From the human T2T-CHM13v2.0 reference genome, Homo sapiens, in assembly GCF_009914755.1 (NCBI RefSeq), contig NC_060926.1: a DNA stretch of 64,000 nucleotides, one strand, 5' to 3'. Below are positions 47,110-58,318 of the stretch, one piece after another (within the stretch, counting starts at the first letter, position 1; every line of letters begins with the position of its first letter). The notes beneath the pieces were generated by a model, which was not told the origin of the DNA, did not search any database, and saw only the letters and a program-made list of their open reading frames with translations. Made by a program: the position numbers and the translations under genes.

Positions 47110-49186
47110 AAGGCCTTCCAGAAAAAAAAAAAAAAGGAGTAGCCCTAAGCATTTACATACGTCAATGAACAAGTAGAAAATGTAACCTAAGTACAGTCTG
47201 TGTCCCAGGGCAATGACAGGATGCTTGTTAGAATGCAGACTCTCAGGCCCCACCTCAACCTTCTGAACCAAATGCTTGAAAGGAGCTTGCCTTGTCCAGA
47301 TTAACTAAGCTCAGTTGGAACTTGTGTTTTCAATTAGCCATTGGGGGAAACAGTTTGAGAAGCAGTGATCTTGTTTGTCTCTGAAATTTTATGAATGAGG
47401 TAACAGGTCCAACATGCTTGATTTGCCAGATAGAATCCAGAGACTAAGCAGGGATTGGAACTAAGACTTCTTGTGGCTGTTCTAGTTTAAAGTTAGGAAA
47501 ACAATTTTGCAGGATCTAGGGCTACAGGTCAACTCATCTAGGCAACGACAGAATAGGAATGGAAAAGTGGGGGTGGATGAGAGTGACATAGGATTTATAG
47601 AATTTATTAGGAAATAAATTTGATATAAGCCTTGAGGCAGACAAGTAGATCAGAAATGAATTTTAAAATTCAGATTTAAAAATTGTATTTGAATAAAAGC
47701 CTTCTACCAAAATAATATCATTATTGTTATTTGGAAGAGAAAAATGAGTTAACAGGCTAAGATCATCTTCAAATGAATCATGCTCCAAAGTTACAGATCA
47801 CAGTATGAATTAAAGGGTAATTATATCTCCTACAAACTGTAGAGATTCAATATTAATGGCCACCTACTTCCAAAGAAATGTTGTATCTGGAAATGTGAAG
47901 CAGAAAGTAGTACCACTAAAAAAAATGTGAACAGTGGCAATGTCCAGGCAGCTTAGATTCTCAAAGGCTCTGACTGACTGTGCCCCTTGGCAACCATTGT
48001 CATTCAACCCAAGAGAAAGTTTAAGTGAGCTGAAGGGTCAATAAAGGGAGAGCCCAAGGGTAGATGAGTGAAAAAGGCAGCAGAAAAAGTGCAAACTACA
48101 GGGAAAGTGAGGCAAAAGGAAAAGAGGCAGAAGTGGCTTAGCAAGATGGGTCTGCAGAAAACAGAGTCACTAAACCTAAAGAGGAACCAGCCTCTGATGA
48201 AGCAGGAGGGAAAGAAGCTAGATCTGACTCCCGTCATATCTACCTGTGATATCTGTGCTCCCTGTACCTCCCTGCACACCTCCCTGCATATACCATCTGA
48301 GGGAATATTTTCATCAATGATTTTGTACATAGAAGTCTTTAATAGCTGTGGAAAGGCATTTTTTTTAAAGTGAATCCTACCTCATCTCCTTTTTTAAAAC
48401 ATATTTTTTAAAACAGAAAATGCTTATTTAAGAGGTGAAATCTCATATTGATTTTTTCGTGTGTGTGCATAAAAAATAGTGAGATACGGAATTCATGGAC
48501 ATTTGGTCTTGTATGCCAACTTAACATTTTACTATGTAGTGACTAAAAACAAAGTTTGAAAGTCAATGTTCAACAGGAGAGAATTATAAAGGCTTGTAAA
48601 AACAGGCATATATTTGTCTAACATAAAACTCAGAGCTGTGAACTTTGTGTTAATTAGCACACATCTCTATTTCTGGCATGTTGTATGCAAGTTAACAAAT
48701 TTTGTATTCCAGATAAACAGTAAGAAACATAGACATTTTATTTAGAGAATTAGATTTCTAGGAAATGACCTTTCCAGGCTAGTGAATGTAAAATATTGAG
48801 GTTGCTGGAGAAAAAGAAAAAAAAAAAAGTTGGCACCTAGGGAAATTGGAATATTTAAAAATATGCCTTGAAGACCTAAATGACCTTTACTTTTTCTCAC
48901 TAAATATAAAATGGTCACCTGCGTCCAGATTATACATTTATAGAGAGAGTTTGATTTGAGGTATTCAAGCATTTAGACTTAGGGCATTTGACTTGCCAAA
49001 ACTCATAGCATTAAAATGAAAGAGAGTTTATCTGTACAGCTAATGCCCCAGGATAAAACCAAATGAAAAATCACTGTTGTCTAAGACATAAAACACAAAG
49101 CAACCACCACTTCAACATGCAAGAGAACTTTGTAGTTAAAGAATTCAGTTTCTCCTTTTCTCTAATTTGCCCAAATAACTAAGAGG

Positions 49187-49825
49187 TATTGGGGCTCAGA
49201 AAATAATACCCCCAAAATGAAGACCTCAGAAGCAAACGTTTTTCTCTTACCTTTTCCTGTCCTCCTGTCTCTCGGGCCTATTCCCCACTGAGGCTAGCCA
49301 TAGAAGCTAGAATCCCTCTTCCCCAAGGCAGGTCGTAGAAACCAGAACCCCTCTTCCCCCATACCTAGTTATAAAACCTAATAATATTACTCAAGTTTTC
49401 TCTATGCCTTTCTGTGTAAAAAGTAGCCAGAAGAAGTTATCTGACCTATCTCATTTGACAGTAGGTCATAAGACCCCCATTCCAGAAATGGTTCTGCCCC
49501 ACATCCAGAAAGAAGAAATTCATGCTGAAAGAGGACAAGAAGAATCTAGATAGATTGGCCTTGCTGGGCTTCCCCACTCAGTCCATTACCATTAGATGAG
49601 ACCATTTTTGTCCAATCATATTTCTACACAGCTTTCCATACTTTGTTGAACCTAAACATAAAAATGGACTACTTCCCTTCTATCTTTGGGTCTTCAGTCT
49701 GAGGTTCTCATGTATACATGTTAAATAAATATGTATGGCCATTCTCCTATTAATCTGCCACATGTCAGTAATTTTTCAGTGATTCTTCAGAGGGCGAAGG
49801 GGAAGTTTCTCCTTGGCACCCCACA
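49187..49825 (+). mobile_element. ERV1 solo LTR (MER4-group)
   Basis: Start ttggggctcagaaaataatacccccaaaatgaag; aataaa near the end; 4-bp TSD gagg. Confidence 0.85.
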
Positions 49826-49939
49826 GAGGTTATATTAATATTAAGCTTGAGAGATGTTGTCGTGTTTCTATCTTGCTAACACCATATTTGGTTAATCAGA
49901 TAATTAGAAGTGCTTCCTTAGTACTTCTATCCTGAGTCT

Positions 49940-50184
49940 TTTAAGGGAGAAAATTATTTTTCCTCTACTCTCTTATTAAAGTTTAGAGTCCCTGAAGCCT
50001 GCAAATTAAATTGACAAAAGACAGATTAACAGGAGAAAAAGTTTTATTCATATGCATATGAACATAGTAGCCAACAAAAGAAGGTGATGTTAAATGGTTA
50101 AAGGTAAGGCTTACATACATAATTTAGGAGAAACAGCCTATGGGAAGAACAAATACGTTTCTTTAGGAAAGACTAATGGGTTTC
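49940..50184 (-). mobile_element. ERV1 MER4-group LTR, left part (interrupted)
   Basis: attgacaaaagacagattaacaggagaaaa motif typical of MER4-group LTR 3' ends on the minus strand. Confidence 0.6.
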
Positions 50185-50196
50185 TTTTTTTAATGC

Positions 50197-50432
50197 ATGC
50201 AATAAAACTTTATTTATAAACACAAATGTAAGCTTTATTCAATTTATTTATAAACACAAATGTAAGCTTTATACATACCACAAAGCACTGTTTCTTTTTC
50301 TGTTTTTTTGTTTTTGTTTTTGTTTGTTTGTTTTCAGTTGTTTAAAGCTAGAAAAAACATTGTTAGGTCAGGCTGTACAAAAACAGGCAATGAGCTGGAT
50401 TTGGTCTAGGGATCATAGTGTGCCAATGCCTG
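50197..50432 (+). mobile_element. MER58-like hAT fragment (one terminus only)
   Basis: caataaaactttatttat and ctgtacaaaaacaggc..gctggatttgg..atagtgtgccaatgcctg terminal sequence. Confidence 0.7.
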
Positions 50433-50795
50433 GCTTCCATTATTCTTATGTTTTTGCTCTGCCATTTTCCTTTTCTGTTTTCCTGTGCCTCTTGATTACT
50501 TATTTGTCTCTCCCTTCTTTCTTTTTGATCTTCCTTCATCTCACTGCTGATTCTCCTATATCTTCCTTCTTCCCCATTCTTCCTTCTTCCTTATCTTTCA
50601 TTTCTTCCTTTCTTCAAACACCATAGTGATTTTCTTCTATTTTCCTAAGCACTGTCATCTTCGGTGTAAGGGTTTCCTGAAAGTGAGCTTTACTTTCAGA
50701 AATAAATAGATGGGATTAAAATAACATTTAAAACATGGAGTCCTAAAATTGTTACATTATGCCCTCCCATTTCCCTTCTTCTCCTCCTTCTCATC

Positions 50796-51363
50796 TTTCT
50801 TTTTTTCAACCTTTATTTTAATTTCAGGGGTACATGTGTAGGATGTGCAGGTTTGTTACATAGGTAAACATGTAACAATAGGTGGTTTGCTGCACAGATC
50901 ATCCCATCACCAGATATTAAGCCCAGCATCCATTAGCTATTCTTCCTGATCCTCTTCCTCTTACCAACCCTCACCCTCTAACAGGCCCAGTGTGTGTTGC
51001 TGTCCCCCAACAAGTCCATGCATTCTCATCTTTAGGTTCTCACTTATAAATGAGAACATGCAGTATTTGGTTTTCTGTTCCTGCATTAGTTTGCTAAGGA
51101 TAATGGCCTCTAGCTCCATCGATGTCCCTGCAAAGGACAGGATCTTATTCCTTTAATGGCTGCATAGTATTCTATGGTGTATATGAACCACATTTTCTTT
51201 ATTTGATCTATCATTGGTGGGCATTTAGGTTGATTCCATGTCTTTGATATTGTGAATAGGGCTGCAATGAACAGGCACATGCATGTGTCTTTATAATAGA
51301 ATGATTTATATTCTTTTGGGTATATACCCAGTAATAGGATTGCTGGATCAAATGGTATTTCTA
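50796..51363 (-). mobile_element. L1PA 3' end (non-inverted part) with poly(A)
   Basis: Reverse L1 3'UTR and ORF2 tail (EIPFDPAILLLGIYPKEYKSFYYKDTC). Confidence 0.95.
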
Positions 51364-52653
51364 AATCAATGTGCAAAAATACCTAGCATTTCTATACACC
51401 AACAGCAGGCAAGCAAATAATCAAATCATGAATGAACTCCCATTCACAATTGCCACAATAAGAATAAAATACCTAGGAATACAGCTAAGAAGGGACATGA
51501 AGGACCTCTTCAAGGAGAATTACAAACCACTGCTCAGAGAAATCAGAGATGACACAGACAAATGGAAAAACATTCCATGCTCATGGATAGGATGAATCAA
51601 TATTGTAAAAATGACCACACTGCCTAAAGCAATTTATAGATTCACTGCTATTCCCGTTAAACTACCATTGACGTTCTTCACAGAATAAGAAAAAAGCTAT
51701 TTTAAAAGTAATATGGCATCAAAAAAGAGCCCAAATAGCCAAGGCAATCCTAAGCAAAAAGAACAAAGTTGGAGGCATCATGCTACCTAACTTCAAACTA
51801 TACTACAGGGCTACAGTAACCAAAACAGCATGGTACTGGTACACGCACAGACACGTAGACCAATGGAACAGAATAGAGAACCCAGAAATAAGACTGCACC
51901 ACTACAACCATTTGATCATCAACAGAACTGACAAAAAAAACAAAAAAGCAATGGGGAAACATTTCCTTATTTAGTAAATGGTGCTGGGAGAACTGGCCAG
52001 CCATATGTAGAAAATTGAAACTGGACCCCTTCCTTACACCATATACAAAAATCAACTCAAGGTAGATTAAAGATTGAAATGTAAAACCCAAACTATAAAG
52101 ACCCTAGAAGAAAACCTAGGCAATACTTACAATTCAGGGCATAGGCATGGGCAAAGATCTCATGGACAAAGATGCCAAAAGCAATTGCAACAAAAGTGTC
52201 AGTTGACAAGTGGGATCTAATGAAACTAAAGAGAATCTGCACAGCAAAAGCAACTATCAATAGACAACATACAAAATGGGAGAAAATTTTTGCAACCTAT
52301 TCCATATGACAAAGGTCTAATATCCGGCATCTACGAGGAACTTAAACAAATTTACAAGAGAAAAACAAACAATCCATTATAAGGTGGGCAAAGGATATGA
52401 ACAAACACTTCTTAAAAGACAACATACATGCAGGCAGCAAACATATGAAAAAAACTCAACATCACTGATCATTAGAGAAATGCAAATCAAAACCACACTG
52501 AGATACCATGTCACACCAGCCAGAATAGCTGTTATTAAAAAGTCAAAGAACACTAGATGTTGGTGAGGTTGTGAAGAAAAAAGGAATAATGTTTTTACAG
52601 TGTTAGTGACAGTGTAAATTAATTCAACCATTGTGGAAGAGTGTGTTGATTCC
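51363..52653 (+). mobile_element. L1PA ORF2 segment (inverted 5' part of the same insertion)
   Basis: [46 protein letters not shown]; ends at gattcct just upstream of where the minus-strand piece begins. Confidence 0.95.
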
Positions 52654-52959
52654 TAGGAAAACAAATGGAAGATACGAAAGTTTGTGATAATGTTTGTCTG
52701 TGCAGGTATGAGTGGTCTTTCCATCTTCTTCATAAACTCTCCTGGTGAAGAGATTCAGGGAAATGTACTTTGGGTCTCCTGGGAGTAGAAGCCTTCCCAG
52801 AGAGGGAATTTATGGCAGTCCTCAGTTCTCAGAAGTTTCTGATTTTTGTCAGCTAAGGGAAGCTCTGAGAAAGCTTCTTCCTGCATCTGTGGAATGTCAA
52901 ATTTCTTCAGCTTAAATTAATCTTTATATCAACCCTAGGGTTTCATGTAGGTTCCCATA
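52654..52959 (-). mobile_element. ERV1 MER4-group LTR, right part
   Basis: Minus-strand start tatgggaacc..gatataaagattaatttaagctgaaga..cagatgcagg. Confidence 0.6.
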
Positions 52960-53430
52960 ATCTCAGACTGTTTTTCAAGCATTTACTCTCCAATGTTATA
53001 AAATTATTATTCCTCCTTTCTATGCTATAAAAGAAATACCTACTTGATCTCTAAAAAATTTTTTTTAAGTTATTATGAAAACCAAATTTCTCTTCTTACC
53101 CTCTCCGTTTTTCTGAGTCTTGATAGAGTTTGAGTAACTTCCCCTATTATTCAACGTTTTGCTTTACCTCAGGTTTTGTTTTGAAGCTCTTTTGGAATGG
53201 ACTATTCATGGAAATGCCCACATTATTTAGACCATTGGGAAGGTTTTCAGCCTAAATTTTTTAACTGATGTTTCCTTTATTGCATTAGAAGCATGATTAT
53301 CAATGTGAAACATAAATATGAAAATAGTAGAAGTTGCTCCTATTGGAAATGTGTAGATATGGAGTGGAAGCAAATTAGTGATAGTTTGAAAGACTGGCAA
53401 GTTCAATTCCAACTTCTTTCAAATGAGCAG

Positions 53431-54071
53431 TGAAGGAAACAGAATATTTCACTCCCCTCCAATATACTTCTTTGGTGTATTTTGAGTCGGCTATTCAGAG
53501 GGGCTGAAAACCACAGAAATAGCTTTGAAAAGCTGTCCTTTTGTGGGGAGATTTGCATCTGTAAAGGAAATCTATATTAGTGAAATAAACAGCAGATGCA
53601 AACAGGCTTTCTCTGATGCCTCCCTCCCCCACCTTGTCCAGATCTAGAACAAATTAACTCAGAGGAAAATAAGACTAAAAGTTTGATGCTTCTGAAGGTG
53701 TGACAGAAATACTCTTACCACAGGCTTTTGTCTATTCTTTCTGAAACCTGCTACCTGAGAGATTTTATCTGCATAAGAAACAGCCTTGCTACCTATGCTT
53801 TCCTCCCTTCACCCTCCCATAATCTGTGACACCACTTCCCTAGTCCCCTTTAGAAGTCACAGTCCTCTTCTTCCTGTAACCTCAGGATGTTGTAAAAACT
53901 TCAGTCATCTGGCCACTCCTTTGAATCTCGTATTTTGTGTATGGCTTCCATGTTTATGCACCTTCATACATTTGTATACCTTTTTTCTTGTTAACATGTC
54001 CATTACCAGCTTGTTTTATAGGCTCAAATTATTGAAACTTCAGATGGGGAAATAAATTCTTTACCATTACA
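53431..54071 (+). mobile_element. ERV1 solo LTR (MER34-like)
   Basis: tgaaggaaacagaatatttcactcccc..tttgcatctgtaaaggaaatc..; TG..CA termini. Confidence 0.78.
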
Positions 54072-54929
54072 ATAGCAAGGTCTTATTGGTAGTTTGAATA
54101 TACATTACAATTTTTTTATGTGGACTTGGTTTTCTGTTGTGAATGAGTAATGTTACTTCTCAAAGAGCTCTGGCCAACTAAGACTGTTAAATTAAAAAAA
54201 AAGATATTTCTATAATTGGTATCATTTCATTTAGAAAATGTGTAAGTACATGTAAATATGAGGGCCTCAAAGTGCAGCTGGTCATCACAGGTCAGCTATT
54301 CAATCCCTGTGCTTTTTAAATTTGAAAATTAAGTGAAATTTGTTATCTTTTTTGACTTGAAGCAGCAGCAATGTCATCACCAGTGCCATTTTTTCAAAAA
54401 AAATTAAAAATTAGAGATCCCAACATATAGTAGCACCAACGTTAGATGGCCTTTTTAAGAAATATGAAAGGAATGTAGAAGGAACGTGTTTTAAATCTTC
54501 CAAGAGAGAATCACAAGGTCCTAACACAAAATGAATGCAAATCTGGAGCTACTCTTTGTTGTTGAGGATGACATAACGCAATCAAGAAAAAGACATGCTA
54601 TGGGCTCATAATCTGTATCCCTGATCAATCTGCTCTTGTATTAAAGACAAGTTTACATGGAACAGCATCTTGGCTTTGGATCATAGGACAATTTTCTTTT
54701 GTCTAATAATCCATCCCTTGCTCACTTCTCTTGTGCTAGGAAAAAAAAATCAAAATGTGTCACTAGCATAAAATGTTGTCAGTGAGGCTGAGGAAGTTCT
54801 CTGTGATAGGGAAATCTTCCTTGTCCCAACTTAAAGCAAAACATTCTCTCCAAGAGGAGAAAGCTCAAAGTCAACGTCTGTAGTAACACTTGCACACAGA
54901 TTTTTGAGAACTAAACTGGCAAAAATGGT

Positions 54930-55400
54930 CCTCTGTGAGTTTTCAATTTGTTTTGAATAACTCTGAGGCTGTCCACAAAGATTCTACAAACACAAATATG
55001 TAAGTCGAGGTGAATGGAACATCATTTCATAGTCCCTTAAACATGTATACAGTGATTAACTCAAAATTCTATTTCTAGGAATTTGTCCTAAGAAAATAAT
55101 GTATTATGTACATGACAGTCCAAGGCAATGCAAATGTCCTCAATAAAAAGTTTGTTTGAAATTATAATACTTCCACACAATAGGAGAATATGTAACTATT
55201 ACAAACAAACTTTAAAAGAATATTTGTGGACATGAATAATGTACATGATATGTTTTAAGTGGGGAAAGACCATTAAGTAAACATATATAGCAAATGATAC
55301 CATATTTGCAAAATACTTTTTGTAGGTTTAGGATTTGTATATGATATGATATCATATGATCATTATTTTTTATTTGTATTCTCTGATTCTGTACTTTCTC
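54930..55400 (+). mobile_element. Ancient L1M 3' fragment
   Basis: aattctatttctaggaatttgtcctaagaaaataat and related degenerate L1M 3' motifs. Confidence 0.55.
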
Positions 55401-55769
55401 CTTTCCTTTAATGTATAAGTATTATATATACAGAATAAACTTATTTTAGAAAAGAATATTCCTAGCATAGCAATAGTACTGAGTTTGTGCTATAGCTGCT
55501 GACTTTCTGAGCATTCCCATCAAACCTGGAAAGGTCAACTTGGCTGGCTCCTCATTCATTAAGGACCTCAATGCAAAGTTAGTCCTCTGGTTTCATCTAC
55601 CAAGTGAGAAAAAGACAAAACAGCTTCCTATAGCAGCTTCCTCCAGTTTACTGTTCCCAAGCAGCAGAAGAAAAACTTTCCAAATATCACACCTGCCGTG
55701 TTTTAGAACATCAAGAAATAATGCTCACCACACTCTCCCTCAACCATGGGGTTTCGTCTCCATCCTACT

Positions 55770-56725
55770 CCCAAACATGTTGACATAGATATGAGGAAAA
55801 AGTTAGCACACTGGTCCTGGTTGCTCAATACTAGCATGTCTGCAGCGGAGTCTGGAACTGTGATTGACCCTTGGCTAATGCCTGAGAACGTGGCTCTTAG
55901 AATACTCTTTATGTTACTATGTTACTAATTAAGGATACCAATACACCTGGAGCAATGGGGCATAATGTACCAACTTGTCAGGACTTGTCAGGATTGATTT
56001 ACACAAATGTCAAGATTGATGATGTCCCTGGTTATATTGCTGGAGTCTTGAATTTCAGTTACCATGGTCGGTTGCACAGCAGGACGCACCTACATGACCA
56101 GTCCTCCATAAAACCCTTGGATCCTGAGACTTGAGTAGGCTTTTCTGGCAGAGACACTTTACATGCATCTCTGCTGCTCCCAGGTGTAGGAAGAAGCATG
56201 TCCTGTGTGATCGTAGAAAGGGAAGGACTTAGAAACTGGCATCTGACTTCACTGAACCCTTTTTAATGCTGTATTAGTCTGTTCTCACACTGCTATAACT
56301 AACTGAAACTGAGTAATTTATGAATAACAGAGGTTTAAGTGACTCACAGTTCCACGTGTTATACAGAAACCATGGTGAGGAGGCCTTAGGGAACTTACAA
56401 TATGAGAGAGTGAGCGCATGTGAAGAAGGAAGTGCCACACACCTTCAAACAACCAGATCTCCTGAGAACTCACTCACTATTACAAGAACAGCAAGAGGGA
56501 GTCCACCCCCATGATTCAGTCACCTCCCACCAGGCCCTTCCCCCGACACATGGGGATTACAATTGTAGATGAGATTTGGGTGGGAACTCAGAGCCAAACC
56601 ATATCAACTGCATATCTTTGTTTTTTCCTGTTGTTCTTGCTCCTTTGCTATAATAAAACTTAGCTGTTGAATATAACCTGTTATTGAGTCTTGTGAGCTT
56701 TTCTGATGAATCAGAAAACAAGGGT
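55770..56725 (+). mobile_element. ERVL-type LTR (MER68/MER77/MER21C-like) split by a MaLR LTR; boundaries approximate
   Basis: cctacatgaccagtcctccataaaacccttgg; taataaaacttagctg..tgagtcttgtgag. Confidence 0.6.
56270..56606 (-). mobile_element. MST/THE1 MaLR solo LTR
   Basis: tgtattagtctgttctcacactgctata..gagccaaaccatatca; TSD aatgc/actgc. Confidence 0.92.
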
Positions 56726-57976
56726 GGTAGTCAGACCCCCCAAAACAAAAGCTCTCCATTTCACCCACAACTCCCAGAACACTCAGTCTGTGTTGCCAGT
56801 TTTGTTCTATACCAAGAAAGCATTTGATGTTTGTCTGGAATTCATCTGTTTAGCAGTCTTGCTGAGCTGAATCTAAGCGGCTCACCCCATTGGCCTTGTC
56901 TCCATCTGGGCTCGTAAGTTTGCACTTTTACACCCTCAGCAAAGGACCTCACTGAGACATTTGTGAAGCTGAAATCTACGATAGTGAACTAGATAGCAAA
57001 ATAAATACTGGTGAGATTTCCATTCTGAATACCAGAGAGAATGCCAGAGAGGGGCCCAAGCAGGAGACTGTGAACCTGGTGGCTGCAGAGAAAATGAACA
57101 GAAAGAAGCCAGAGTGCATAGGTTCCCAGCAGCTGCTTTGGTTATTTTGGTCCTTTGGTGTCAATCAAATGGGGACAATTATTTGTGAGGTACAGTCTCT
57201 GATGCTCACTTTCACTCACCTAGTGGCTTCTCATACCTGAAGAGTTATTAATTGCCCCCTCACATTTGTTTCTGGCTCTACATACTTTGTTCCTTCATCT
57301 TTTCTTCCTGGAAAACCATTTTAGGTCATTCATCATTTGTTAAACCCCTCTGAGTTGTCTGAGAATTTTATGTGTTAATCTTTACATATAAGGCTGCTGT
57401 GGAAATATAACATTTTAGCTATTGCTATGAATCTATCTACTAGAAAATCAACAGCTTTCATTTCTGTGTTTGTCTTTTGCACACAGGCCATTCTCAAGTC
57501 TCCTGTCTAGGACCACATCTGTAGTTGAAAGAATAGATGACATTTCCCACATATTTAGATTTCTGGGAGTTTCTTGAAATGGGATGATAACAGTGGGTGA
57601 CTGAACAGTGCTGTTTTGTTTTGTGGACTCTTGGAATTTGAAATCTATGGATCAGATTATAATAATGGCCTTTCACTGTAAAAATACTGAATTTGATCAA
57701 TAATAATAATTTTTAAAATACACTTAATACTTTTTTAAAAAACTAAATTTTTTAAAAAAGAAAACCAACCACTCTAACATGATTTAAAAAGAGATTCTTT
57801 AAGCACATGATTTCATTTGGAACTATTTTATTTTAATTTGTTTTAATATTTTCAGTTGAGCTACCATTCTCATTCCAAGTAATTTTAAATTAGCTTCATC
57901 TTAATCCTCTGGTTGATACTACTAGACTTTATCATCCAATATTTTCTCTTCTTTATTTGCCTCAAAAGTCAAGCTA

Positions 57977-58318
<342 letters not shown>

